In this document: piece after piece, positions 40,427-52,277 of the stretch
How positions within the stretch are numbered: the stretch's first letter is position 1
How the letters are laid out: each line of letters opens with the position of its first letter
NCBI GenBank assembly: GCA_046563655.1
Contig: CM102283.1
Location: 8,494,001-8,558,000 of the forward strand
DNA length: 64,000 bases
Direction of reading: 5' to 3'
Origin: Yuukianura sp. NJ FZ-2021
Lineage: Eukaryota
Made by a program: the position numbers and the translations under genes
Notes under the pieces: model-generated
What the model was told of the DNA's origin: nothing
The model's database searches: none
The model's input: only the letters and a program-made list of their open reading frames with translations

Positions 40427-41932
40427 TCAGTTGACAGGAGCTTTAGACTTGGCGGGTTTCGGGTTGACAGGATCAAGCGGTTTTGTTACATCAAGTTGAC
40501 TTTGTTCCGGGATTGCCGGAGTCTCACCCTCTTCAGGTACTGTACTTTGCTGATGACGGTGACGATGACGATGCTCACCGTCTCCATGATGACGATGATG
40601 ATGATGACGATGCCCTTGGTCCGCCTCTTCTGCCGCAATGGCATTCTGCTTCCGTGCATTCCGAACGGCATAGAAGATGAAACATGCTGCTACGAGTGGA
40701 GCCGCGACGGTCGCCAGAGCAGCAAAGAACATAAAGCCAATTGCAGCTCTGTGCATGGCTCGAGCCTCAGCTGAGTTCTGGATCCGTTCGGGCGACATTT
40801 TGAAGAAGTCCTTGGCTCCGCCCTTCCAGCAAGCATAGAGCCCATGCTCAAAGTCAAAAGTTCTGTTGCCTATTTTGACGACATGGTTGGACTTTACATG
40901 GTTGACTGGCTCTTTAGGACGAACTGGTGGTGGTCCTTTTGTAGTAACGACTGGTTCTGGTGTAGTCATGTTGGGGTTGGATAATGTCCAATTGTTTGTG
41001 TTTGGGCTGTCTTTAGTATAATACTCGTTGGTTGCTGTAACGTAGGCTTTGTACTGAACGACGTAGCGACACAAGTCGTCGGGATCTTCTGCACTCGGAT
41101 CTGAGCGCATGAAGAACGGAAGAACGAAAGCGATAAAGGCAAAGATGAACGCCAGAATCAAAAAGGCGGCGGAAAACCGAGGATTCCTCAAGAAAATCTG
41201 AAAGAAAATATTCTTTGTTTCAAAATTTCTGTAAAGCGACTAATTTTCTAGTCTTTGATTATAATTTTCTAATTTGCGATTGGTTGTGATCTGCTAAGCT
41301 CTTGTGATTGGTTATATTTTGATTTGCTTTCATTTTGTGGTTTGTGATTGCATCATTGCATGTGCTTTGATTTTGTGTTTTGTGATTGGTTAGATTTTTA
41401 GTTTTGATTTCGTGGCTTGTGATTGGTTGTGCTTTGATTTTCTGATTTGTGATTGGTTGTACTCTGACTTTGTTGTTTGTGATTGGTTACTTTTTGAATC
41501 TCTGGCCTGTGATTGGTTAATTTTTTTGAACTTACGCTAGCAGCTCCTGCTACGAGGAAAAGTGCAGCAATGATTCCGCAGTCTCCGGCAGCTCTGAGCA
41601 AGTTGTTGTCCTGGCAGTACTTGGATTGCTCATACTTTTCTTTCTCGTTTGGCTTAAACTGGGACTCATGGGCAGTACTTTCAGTAGAACAAGTACCCTG
41701 GTCATCTGTGTAGTGAGCATAGGGTGGAGAGTACTTGACAAGCAGCCCAATTGAACCTCCTAGTAGCCCCAGGGCTAGGACCTGCAGCATTCAAGCCAAA
41801 AAAGTTAGGTCAAAGGTCAGCTAAAGGTCAAAGGTCATGACAGTTCTTTGGAATGCTTCGCTTTTTTTCTTGTTAGAGACTTACTATTAAGGAAACCATA
41901 AGAAAAATGGCAATGACTTTTACTAGCCCCAT
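40427..41932 (-). CDS. Four-TM membrane protein (claudin-like topology) with His-rich C-terminal tail, 3 exons
   Basis: MGLVKVIAIFLMVSLI|VLALGLLGG (TM1), Cys-containing loop, TM2 GIIAALFLVAGAAS|IFL, TM3 FSAAFLILAFIFAFIAFVLPFF, long loop, TM4 AAIGFMFFAALATVAAPLVAACFIF, tail HRHHHHRHH. Confidence 0.7.
41270..41522. repeat. Intronic degenerate minisatellite, about 30-bp unit
   Basis: Recurring ttgtgattggtt(g/a) core, about 8 copies. Confidence 0.8.
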
Positions 41933-42998
41933 GATGTAAGCCTCCAGCCTACGTTGATCTGAACACTTTTTTTTGAAAAATGCCAAACTGTATGAAAATG
42001 TTCCACTTTTTTTAAAAAAGAAGAAGCATTTATTTTGGTATTTTTTTTATTTTGATTTATTTTAACTACTAAATTTTGGAATCCATCACTATGACAAAGT
42101 ATTTTCAAAATTCAAGCCTTTCCTTTTCTCTAAAATCTGTGCATAATGTGGCATATATTTGTGTTTGAAGTTTTGTGGGAAAAAGTGTAGAAGTTCCAAA
42201 AAGCAACTTTCTTCGCATTCATTTTTCAGGATAGTATTGAAAAGTCTTGCAAAAAAAAAACGTTCAAAAAGGTTTGTGTGAATTTTACTTTATTGCGACT
42301 TCCACTTCTTGTTGACTTGATTTTATTTTCAAAAGTGTATGGAGTAAATATTAGTCAAGGTTAGTTTATGTACTGTTTGGGTAAAAACACAATAGTACGT
42401 CACATGTAACCGGAATTTACAAAAAGGTGTTGTAAGTTTCAATTGCACACACGCAAACCTCCGTGCAAAAACTTTCAATTTCAAGTTTTGTAACGATGAC
42501 TTTTTGTAGTTTGTAAAAAAATGCAAAAAAGTGGAAATTTTTAGTCTATTGTTTCTGGACTTCAACGCAGTTTACTGGTTTAGTTTGAAATAAAAGCAGT
42601 TTTTTCCGTTCCGGGTGTTGTAAGTTTTATGGTGTACATATAATATATATTAATATAATAATATATTAATATATTATTTAAATTATTATATTTCGTTCTT
42701 CAAGTTTTTTTCAGCTGAATTGAAACGGGCAGACTAAAAAATGTCAATTTTTTAAGTTTATGAAGCGGAATTAAGTTGCAACGGAATATTTCATCACGAG
42801 TTTAAAACTGTATTAAAAATTTACGTGTTTTACCCGCCTCAGAGGTTGCTCAAATGGAAATCAATATCGGAAAGCATTTGGCCCGGTTCTGAATTCAGAA
42901 AAAGTTGACACAGTTTCCCCAAAAGACAAAAGCAAAAACTCAGCACTTTTTTGGAAAGCAAAAGAATCAGTTCACATTTTGAATTTTTAAACTTCCAT

Positions 42999-43975
42999 AT
43001 GATTCTGGTTACGACAAAACGTTTGGTTACTATTAAAAAAGGAACCAACAAAAACACAGCCACGGCTGCAAAAATTGCTAAAATTGTCGTCCGAAAAGTT
43101 CCTAATCGGCAGGTAAGCGAGAAGTTGTCAATCATAATACTAAGATTTTTTTTTCAAAATTTGAAATTTGAAATTTTTGAAGTTTTTCAGAAAATTTAAA
43201 AATTTTCGTAATTTTACTTTTGTGTTAAATATTAGCCTGCAAAGATGGAGGAGTTTTGGACCCAAAAAACTGCCGTGATCATTTTCTTCCGACGCTTCGG
43301 ATGACTATTTTGTAAAACCGAACTTTTTCGCCTTTTTTTTTGCCTAGCATTTTGTAAATGTCTGACACTGACCCAAAGTAATCTGCTTAAAAATTTTAGA
43401 ATTTTCAAAAAAATTATATATTTTTTTTTCTGGCTTATAGGTAGGCAAGCGGCGATGGAGATCAGTCTTCTGCTGCCCTTGCTTGAAGCCAATGATATTC
43501 GACTGATCGGAATCGGATTGGAAGACATCGGGGTTGCTGATTTTTTGAAAGGAGAATTTTTTAGCGGTGAATTGTACGTAGATTCAAAAAAATCTTCCTA
43601 TGCTGCACTTGGATTCAGAAGATTCAACATTTGCACTCTCATCATGTCTATGTTTACAAGGTCAACTTGGACAGCCATAGCGAAGGTTAGTTTCTATCTA
43701 AAAACTCATGTCAAAGTTGAATTTGACCTTTGACCTCATGTGACCTTTGACCTTTGACCTTACAGGGAAGAGAACAGCATACACGTAGTGACGTCAGAGG
43801 AGACGCACTGCAAAATGGCGGGCTTTTGATAGTGAAAAAAGGAGGACAAGAAATTTTACTTTCGTACAGACAACAAAATCCTGCCGATCATGTTCCGAAT
43901 GAAGAAATTTTGAAAGCTCTTGGAATTAATACTCCGAATTCAGAAAATCCCGATTTTCAAAATCAAAAGTCATAA
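42999..43975 (+). CDS. PRXL2B: Selenocysteine-containing PRXL2B/FAM213B (SelenoU3; prostamide/prostaglandin F synthase family, thioredoxin-like fold); exons 42999-43112, 43236-43311, 43441-43685, about 43765-43975
   Basis: FWTQKTAVIIFFRRFG-TGA(43302-43304)-LF|CRQAA...IRLIGIGLEDIGVADFLKGEFFSGELYVD...GDALQNGGLLIVKKGG...QQNPADHV aligns with FAM213B RRFGCxxCR; SECIS downstream. Confidence 0.92.
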
Positions 43976-44029
43976 GTTCAAAATTTCAAAAAACAAAAAC
44001 ACTTTTCTTCTTTGTAAGGTTGTGTGACG

Positions 44030-44096
44030 TCATCCCATGATTTCACTTCTGAAAATTGTTTGGAATACAACCGGAAGTGAATGATTTCTTGGATGA
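44030..44096 (+). promoter_or_regulatory. Eukaryotic type II SECIS element
   Basis: Helix I TCATCC/GGATGA; core ATGA (44037)...TGAT (44082); helix II TTCACTTCTG/CGGAAGTGAA; unpaired AAA at 44052; apical mini-stem TTGT/ACAA. Confidence 0.92.
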
Positions 44097-44374
44097 TTTC
44101 AATCATTTTGTCGTCCATTGTTAAAGTTTGACCTTTGACCTGAACAGGTCAGTTTTTCTTAAACTTTTGATGTATGACTTTTAGAAAAAATTAAAAATGT
44201 GTAAAATATTTTTTATTGAAATTTGACTTAATAATTTCATTTTCATTCAAATTTGATGTCGTCTGTTGAACACTGTATTTAGTTTAGTTTGAGTTGCGTA
44301 AAATTGTAGTTGAGTTTTGTTTAGCTGAAAGTGCCATTGAGATGCTGTAGACTAGTTGCGTCGACGCAGTTGTG

Positions 44375-44909
44375 TTACTTCCGAAGTGCGTAGCCGTAAG
44401 ATGGAGCTGCGTAGTGGTGGGAGTAAGCTCCAGCAATATTATGGATTCCACCGTGGTTGAGGAATGGAACAGCGTTGGGCAGAATCGCTGCATGGCCAGT
44501 AGCTCCCAGTACTTCCGAAGCACTCAATCCAGAGCTGTAGATTGTGTTGAGCTACAAAAATATCAAAAATAATTTTTACAAAAAAAATCCTCCAAATTTT
44601 CAAAATTTTGGTTTTTGGATTTACTGGAGTAATGAATGGATCAGCGACGGCTACTGGAGCAGCTATTGGAGCAGCAGCATAAGCAAGTGGAGCTGCGTGA
44701 AGCAAATTTCCAGCTTGGGTTCCAGCGACCAACATAGCAAAAATGATGAGCTAAAAAGTCAAAACAAAAAATTATTAAATATTTTCAAAATTTTGATTCA
44801 AAACGGAAATTTCAGTTTTTTCCATAGTTCAGTGTTGCTGTCAGTTTCAGTTTTAAAAACTGAAATTTTTGATATTTTTGAAACTTTTTGTATGACTTAC
44901 GGTATTCAT
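44375..44909 (-). CDS. Small secreted Ala/Pro/His-rich cuticular-type protein, 3 exons
   Basis: MNT|LIIFAMLVAGTQAGNLLHAAPLAYAAAPIAAPVAVADPFITP|LNTIYSS...HYAAPSYGYALRK*; AAP motifs; TATAAATA at 44997-45004 on the minus strand. Confidence 0.8.
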
Positions 44910-45726
44910 TATGATTTTTGTTGTTGTTTTGACTTTAGTTGTTGCAAGTAAAATGAAGTTGTGAGAAGTGAATGAAATTTTGAAACATTCACGTCGTATT
45001 TATAGGTCAATCATTTTACTATTACATTAAAAAAAAGTTTGTCACGATGAGTTAGTTAATCGATGTGAAAACGGTTTTAACCAGTTTGAGTTAAAAACAA
45101 TCCATGCATTCTTTTTTAACCTAAGCAAAGTGAGCCCATAAAGTGGCTGACATTGGACCATTTTGGGAAATGGGAGAAACATGTCAAGTGGGACTTGGAT
45201 ACTTTCGCAACACTATCAAAAGTGCAGAAACTCAACAATCAATCTACGCATGCGTTTTGGAAAACTGCTCAAATGTACGCAGAACCGGTTTGGACATGAA
45301 CTGAACAATCGACTAACTTTAAGAAAAATGCTGAGTGTTGTGGGTGATGTGGGTGACATGACACGGGGCTCAAGGTCACTTGTATGGAAAGTGTCAAAAT
45401 GTGAATAGTTTTTAATATGAATTAAAATAAAAACAATTGAAATGAGGTGACACCACAGGATCGTCTCCTTTCGATTAATAGGCCACAAGACAGAACTGGG
45501 TCAGATCCATTTCTGACACTTATTGTCCTCTGTAAATTCAAGTTTGTTCAAGGTCACCAAGGGCCCTAAGTGGTCAAAGGGCCCACATTTACTTACTTAG
45601 TGAGCTGCAGTATAAAAACGCTAAGCACTTTGACTAACTTCAATCAGTTTTCTTTCCTCACCTCAACTACAATTTACTAAATATTTTTTGAGTTTTTCAA
45701 CTCTAGAAATATCAAAAACAATCAAA

Positions 45727-46235
45727 ATGAACACTGTAAGTAAAAATTAGGAGAGTTGATACTTCCTAATTAGAATTTGCACATTCAATCAACTTTTTCA
45801 ATTTTCACATTTCAAAATTTCATATTTTTTCATAATTTCATTTTTCAGCTCTTTGTTTTCGCTCTCTTGGTCGCCGGCACCCAAGCTGGAAATCTGTATC
45901 ACGCAGCCCCAGCAGTTGCCTACGCTGCTACTCCAGTCGCCGTCGCCTCACCGGTTCTTACTGCCGTATGAAACTCAAAATTTTGAAACTTTTTTAAAGA
46001 AACTTTCAAATTTTCAAAATTTTGTCTTTTTTTTGTAGACTTATCCTGCCTACTCAGTCCATAGTCCAATTGCCCACCATGTTGACAGCACCTATGCTGC
46101 CCCAGCTCCAGCAGTCCTTGCAGCGCAGTCTATGCCGCTCCAGCCGTCGTTAAGACGCATCATGTCGCAGCAGCACCCGTCTATGCTGGAGCAATTGGAT
46201 ACGGTTCCTATGGAGGACTTGCTTTCAGAAAGTAA
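45727..46235 (+). CDS. Paralogous cuticular-type protein with an apparent frameshift near 46125
   Basis: MNT|LFVFALLVAGTQAGNLYHAAPAVAYAATP|TYPAYS...APAVLA, continuing as AVYAAPAVVKTHHVAAAPVYAGAIGYGSYGGLAFRK* only after a frame change; TATAAAA at 45611. Confidence 0.75.
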
Positions 46236-48045
46236 AAAAACGGCGCCTTTTTCACAAGATTTCAAAACTTTGAAACTATTTTGACTAAATGAATAATTTA
46301 AAACATATTTAAAACAAAATGCTCAATTCAACAACAACAACAAAAAAACAGTCAAACACGGTAGTTCTACATTACAGTAGTAATTTTTATCAAAATTGCA
46401 AATTGAGATGAAACCAAAAATAAAAACATAATTTAATTTTTTTAAAATTTCGAAATTTTGGATCAGACTTGGCAACATTGCATAACTAAATTGCTCCTAT
46501 AGTTCACAACCGGCGCACACTGCTGTTGTTCAGCATGTGTTTCAAATTTAGTTAAAAAATTAAACCCTACCGCCAAATTGAGCAGTATTTGGCGAAGCGT
46601 AAAGTGTTGATTTCTGGTTTTAATTAGTTTTTGGTTCAAAATTGACCTTTTGACCTTCCGTGTGTGGTTGGGTTTTTGTTCATTTGATTTTGGTGTTTCA
46701 GTTGGTTGGTTCCTGTAAGCACTTCGCTCAGAAGTGGCGTCTCCCCTGGGACTTTCTCCGGAGAAAGTCCAATTCCGTTCTGCAGCCAACCAAAACGCAT
46801 AGCATTTTCCCTGTAGAGCTCCACATAACCCTTCACTCGGATCCGGAAAGGATTCACTCTTCAGTCCCCCCTCTTCCAACTGAATTTGGGCTCTGAAGGG
46901 CCCCCTCCCCTTAAATCATCCTTCTCTTCCATGCCGCTTCTCAATTAATCCCAGTTGACATTTTATGGACAGAACGAGGGTATGACATCCCACTCAACCT
47001 GTCATCGCTCCCAAACACGAACAGGAACAATTGGACAAGTATTTGTCTAAAAGCAGAAACTGCCAAGCACAATACTTGGCAAGTATTTGGGAAGTTGGGG
47101 AATTATTCAGTTAGCGGAAATTTGATTGGCCTGGAGATAAGCCTGTTCTGGAGAGACACGGAAAGCCCACCTGACGAAATGAGCCACTTCCGTCTACGTT
47201 CAAAAAAAAAGTTTCAAAAAACGAAAAAAAAAATTACCGACATAAATTTCCAACAAAAAAAACTAAATCCTGACATAAATTTTTCTGGAACTGCCTACAA
47301 AATAGAACGAAGCAAAAATTTTGGAAATGAAACTGAGCGTTTGAATTTTTCATCAAAACAGCATTTGCAAGCTGCCGAAACTCATGAAGAAATAGGAAAA
47401 TTCGAAATTTTGAGAAAGGAATTTTGAGAAACTTGAAATTTGGAAAATGGAAAATGAAATGTTGATTAATCAAAGTTTCCAGAAAGTTGAAATGCTGGTG
47501 GATTTGAGAGAGTGACTGGAATGAGATTTAATTGGAAGATAGTTTGGTGGAGCGTAGCTGAAAGTTGGAAATAAGTTTTGGTGGGGCGGTGGGTCCCTGG
47601 TGGGAGTCCCACCGTGGGTTCCTTTGTGCGGAATGATGATTTTGAATCCCTGTTTAATTGGTGGTGGGTCGTGGGAAGTGGATTGGGGCGGTGGCTTTTA
47701 TCAGTTGGTGGCAGCATAGTTTCGGCTGTCGCACTAATCCTCATGCTCCACTTCCATTGTCCGGAGTCAGCGGGTAAGGAACTGATACTCAAGTCCCCGG
47801 GGACTTTTCCCGCCACTTTCCAAGGCCCCCTCCCCTTCAACATGCTAACTCCACCCCCTGGACACGCCTCCGCCTTTCTCCCGTACACTTTCACCACCCC
47901 TACTCTCGTCCAACCACACTTTTCAATTAACACGGTCCATATAAATACTAAGACGGCAGGAAAAGTTATGTCACAAGCCAAAGTTGAATTTTGGACTTTC
48001 ACTTTTGGTTAAGTTAGGCTTTGTGGATCTCCCAGAAAGTGAAAA

Positions 48046-49331
48046 ATGCCACATACGGGTTAGAAATTTTTAAATTTTTTGGAATTTGTGTTTCAATAGA
48101 GTTGATTTTTAAAATTTTGGTTTTGGATTCAGGCCAAGCTGGTGTGAATCAATTAGGTGGCGTTTTTGTGAACGGACGTCCACTGCCGGATTTTGTGCGT
48201 CGCAGAATTGTTGAATTGGCGTTGATGGGCGTAAGGCCTTGCGACATTTCCCGCCAATTGTTGGTGTCACACGGTTGCGTTTCAAAAATTTTGACGAGAT
48301 TTTACGAAACGGGGTCAATCAAGCCTGGTTCCATTGGAGGAAGCAAAACAAAGGTAAAGCACAAAACTTTTTTCTTTTGAAATTTTATTTTCAAGTTTCC
48401 AGCATTTTCAAAAATTTTTAGCAAGTAGCAACTCCAGCCGTTGTAAAAAGAATTCTTAGACTGAAACAGGAAAATCGAAGTTTGTTTGCATGGGAAATCC
48501 GAGAACAGCTTCTGACCCAAAGGATTTGTGACATGCACAGGTAAACTTTTGAATTATGAAAATTCCAAAGTTTTCAAAATTTACAAAATTTTGACAAAAA
48601 TACTTTTTTTGTTTTAGTATTCCCAGTATTAGTTCGATTAACCGAATTTTAAGAAATTCTGGAATGCTGCACCCATCCGAAACTGAAGCGTCTTCAATTC
48701 AACAAAATTTCTCTACTTCCAGTCACCACACTCACAATCGAAAGTCAAATCAACCCGAATTCGGGCATTCCCAAACACTTCCGACAGATTCAAAATTTCG
48801 CTCTGGTAAATTACCGAAGCAGATTTTCAAAAAAAAATCAAAATTTCAAAATTTAACATTCTAAAGTATTCATCATTTACTATGAAGAACAACGCCTGAT
48901 TCGCCATTTTAACTTTTTCTTACTTTCGAACTTTTTTTACGTTAATTTTTTTTCTTGTGCGATTTTCAGAACTAGCAACCGCAACTCGAAGTAGTAACTC
49001 AACTTCCCTAAGACAGCTTCTCGTTCCAAAGCATTTTTCAAAACAAGGTGAGTGTTCAAACAAACTATTTCCAGCATTCCACAGTACTTCCTGTTCAGAA
49101 CAACTGAACTACTGCGCAGTTGCTCCTCAACCACTCTGGAATCCAACCAATCACAACAATCAATTAATCTCTTTCTACACACCACACCCTTATGATCTCT
49201 CAATCCATTCTAAATCAAATGATCAACACAATGTTAACTTTAGTCTAAGATTTTCAAAACCAACACGCAGACTTAAATCATTCACAATCGATGAAATTCT
49301 TAAAACTGACTCTAAACAACATTCTACCTAA
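48046..49331 (+). CDS. Poxn: Paired-box transcription factor Pox neuro
   Basis: [65 protein letters not shown]...SKTK|QVATP...FAWEIREQL...[12 protein letters not shown]; octapeptide-like SFTIDEIL; no homeodomain. Confidence 0.95.
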
Positions 49332-49842
49332 ACTTTTTTTTAAAAATACGTAAAATAAATTTCGAAAAAGTCGGAACATAATTGATTGTTTAACCATAAG
49401 TTGCCCAACCGCAAACAATTAATTGTGGTTAGAGTAACTCATCGCATCAAGTGCTAGGCGTAACTTGTCAAAGTTGTCAAAGTTTGGGCGAAGAGAAAAA
49501 AAAACTTCAAAATTTAATTCAAAAAACCAGTTTTGTAAAAAAACTTTTCCTTCTTTTTGCGCAATAGATTGCACAGTTGAGAGAAAAGAGAAAAAAGTGA
49601 TTGAACTTTTGCTGACCTCTTGTCGAAAAAAAAAAACAAGAAATTTTATTTAGTTAATACATTTAAATACAAAAGGCAAAAATTCATTCTTCACATACAA
49701 TTTTTCAGCTTACATGCAATTTTTCAGCTTTAAACAAAATCATTTGCTGTGTTTTTAAAAATGGAGGTAAATTATTTTGCAGTGTCGGGTTACATTTCGT
49801 TTTTTTTTCACGTTGTTTTTGAAAACCTCTTTTTTCAAAATT

Positions 49843-51438
49843 TTAAAGCTGGAATTGCTGTGACGGTGTAGCATATTCTGCTTTGTACAGCGACTGTTTT
49901 GACCTTGAAAAGTCCGAGTAGCCATCAATCTCCGGTGGAATGAGTAAGATTGGCTGGAGGTTCAACGGTCTCTTTTGGTGGATTTGGTCATGGTGGTGGC
50001 TCTTATGGTGGATCTGATCATGGTGGCTTATGGCAATAGAGGATGGTGGGGCTCCAGTAGTTTCCGTGGGATACAATCCACTTGGAAGGTATGATGAGGT
50101 CGTTCTGGCTTTGGATTTGGCTTTGCCTTCAGCAGGACTTAGTTTGACATGGTGGCTTCCAAGTACAAATCCCAGAATTGCCAGGACACAGCCATCTAAA
50201 ACGCCTAGAATTCCTAGGACGAAGCCCCACCGCATCCCACATGAGCCAAAAGAGTAGCGATCCGCCGTGGGTCCACATGTGAGACGCACTTGAGCAGAGT
50301 CCCACCCCAGCGGGAACACCAGTAGTCCAATACTGGCACAAAATGCTGAAAAACAAGTAGCAAAAAAATTGAATCACAAAATATTTAGGTCAATTATCCT
50401 GAAAATTGGAAATACGGGTCAATTATCCTGAAAATTCTAGGAAGGAAGTCGTAAAATTTGATTTGGAGATTCAAATTTTCAAAATTTTGAAACTTTTTAA
50501 CGATTTCTCAAATGCCAATCAACAAACCTTACAACTTTCGAGCATAACGTAAGAGATATTGCTGAATTTAAAAAAGTTTTGACGTAGTTCAAATTCGGCA
50601 ATTTCTTTCTTCTCTTTTTTTGACAACAATTTTTAGGCTTTCGTGCAGTTCTGCTCTGATTTTTTATTTTCTTTGCCATTTAAGGAAAAGAATGAAAAAA
50701 GCGCGGTAATTATGATTCGTGATTTTTTTTTTCAAATTTTTATGGCTCATAATCACAATAATAACAATGGAGGTAGGTGTCACTTTAGCATTTTTGAGCT
50801 TTTCGCTTCACAAGATTTGCAAAAGTGTGACCACTAAAAGACAAAAGCCCAAAATCAAAAAGCGAGAAAGCCAAGATTTCACCTTCGTTGAAAGTGGCGC
50901 CTGAGGCAGTCAGTTGACAATCAATTCTTAATTAACATAACAATTAAATTAATTTCTAAGATGTAAGATGTGAATTCGAAAAGTCTAAATTTTTCAAAAT
51001 TTTACCAGCAATAGTTTGCATCCAAGCGACAATATGATAAGCCAGAGCCGTCGGAGCACAAACGAACAAAATTAGAGCAAAAACCGAAAGACAAGCGACG
51101 AGCGACGACAGGCCGACCAAAACTGTTGCAATTTTGAGCGGTGAATTTGGAATTGTTGAAAAGTCGTCGAGTCGTCCACGACAATGTGGTTGGGACGTTG
51201 CAGTTGATTCTGTTGATGAAGATGAAATTGCACAGTGCTTCCAGGAGTTAAAGTATCCTGGTCCAGTAGTCGAAGTATTGCCAATCCATTGCGGTTGAAA
51301 AAACACAAGCAATGTAATAATTGCATAGCAAATACTAAAAACTCCCCACAGAAATCCAATTGCTTTGGTATTCTTAACGTAGTTGGCAACAATTAACTGA
51401 CCAGTTTGCACATACTCCACTTTACTTGAACTCACCAT
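49843..51438 (-). CDS. Tmhs: LHFPL tetraspan family protein (Tmhs/LHFPL3-5-like), 2 exons
   Basis: NYVKNTKAIGFLWGVFSICYAII...QPQWIG...GYF...CRGRLDDFSTIP...FPLGWDSAQVRLTCGPTADRYSFGSCGMRWGF. Confidence 0.92.
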
Positions 51439-52277
51439 CGTCCGACACTTAAAATTTCAAAATTTAAAAAAAATATCAAAATTTTACACTCTTTTGTCAA
51501 AATTTTACACTTTTTCTTTTGTCAAACTTTTCACTTTTCCTGTCAAAAGTCCTCCAAACAGTCTTTGCCTAAAAGTCGTTTTTGCCGAAAATGTAAAAAT
51601 CTGTTCGATTTGAGCAAAGTTTTAGCCGAAAAACTGCAATTGTTGTTAAATGCGGCCGAAAACTTTGTCGATCTTTGCCAATCTCATCAAAATTTGACAA
51701 AATTTTGACTTTCTTCAGTTTTTTTGTTGAAAACTGTCACGAAATGAGTAGGAAATAGAGAATTGGTAAAAGTGGATCCTCTCTTGTGCACATCCTAAAA
51801 CTTCAAAAGTTCAAAGTGTGTCAAAGAGGGTATGTAGCAGTACTAACTACACAAACTACACAGTACTGTCTAAACTTGTTCAAATTCCTTATGTGTATAG
51901 TGTATTGCTTAGGACTAAATGGCAATATTGCGAAAGATGCTGAGAAAGATTCTTGAGAGAGAGTTCAACCCTCTCCTGCTCCTCAGGGATGAACAACCCT
52001 GTTGAAAAAGCATTTCGCACAAGAGAATGCATGACATACAAAGGTAAGTGTTAATAAGAACTTCATTACACAATATACTAGTAACTTACCGTAAATTTTC
52101 ATATATAAGGTGCCAGAGCTCATTTTTCCCCTGTGCAATCATTGAATTGATTTTTGACTAGGTTGAAGCAAAGCACGCTTCGACTTAAAGTAACAAATAA
52201 CATAATACACAAAAACTTGAATTTTGGATTTTAATTTATTCAAGCATTTTTATTTCAAATGATTGAATTTTTGAGTT

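Noticed and set aside
41270-41522. CRISPR-like array, or the coding TNHK repeats in ORF 41398-41790
   Set aside because: It is a degenerate intronic minisatellite with no unique spacers; the exon ends at a gtaag donor before the repeats.
43302-43304. Premature stop suggesting a PRXL2B pseudogene
   Set aside because: The TGA aligns with the catalytic Cys, the other exons are intact and a SECIS follows, so Sec recoding explains it better.
46463-46896. ORFs between the cuticle gene and Poxn
   Set aside because: No motifs or consistent splice structure; likely regulatory DNA.
47466-48012. Overlapping 178-aa and 144-aa ORFs upstream of Poxn, and the ATG at 47968
   Set aside because: No recognisable domain; this is GC-richer promoter/UTR sequence, and the conserved MPHTG start is at 48046.
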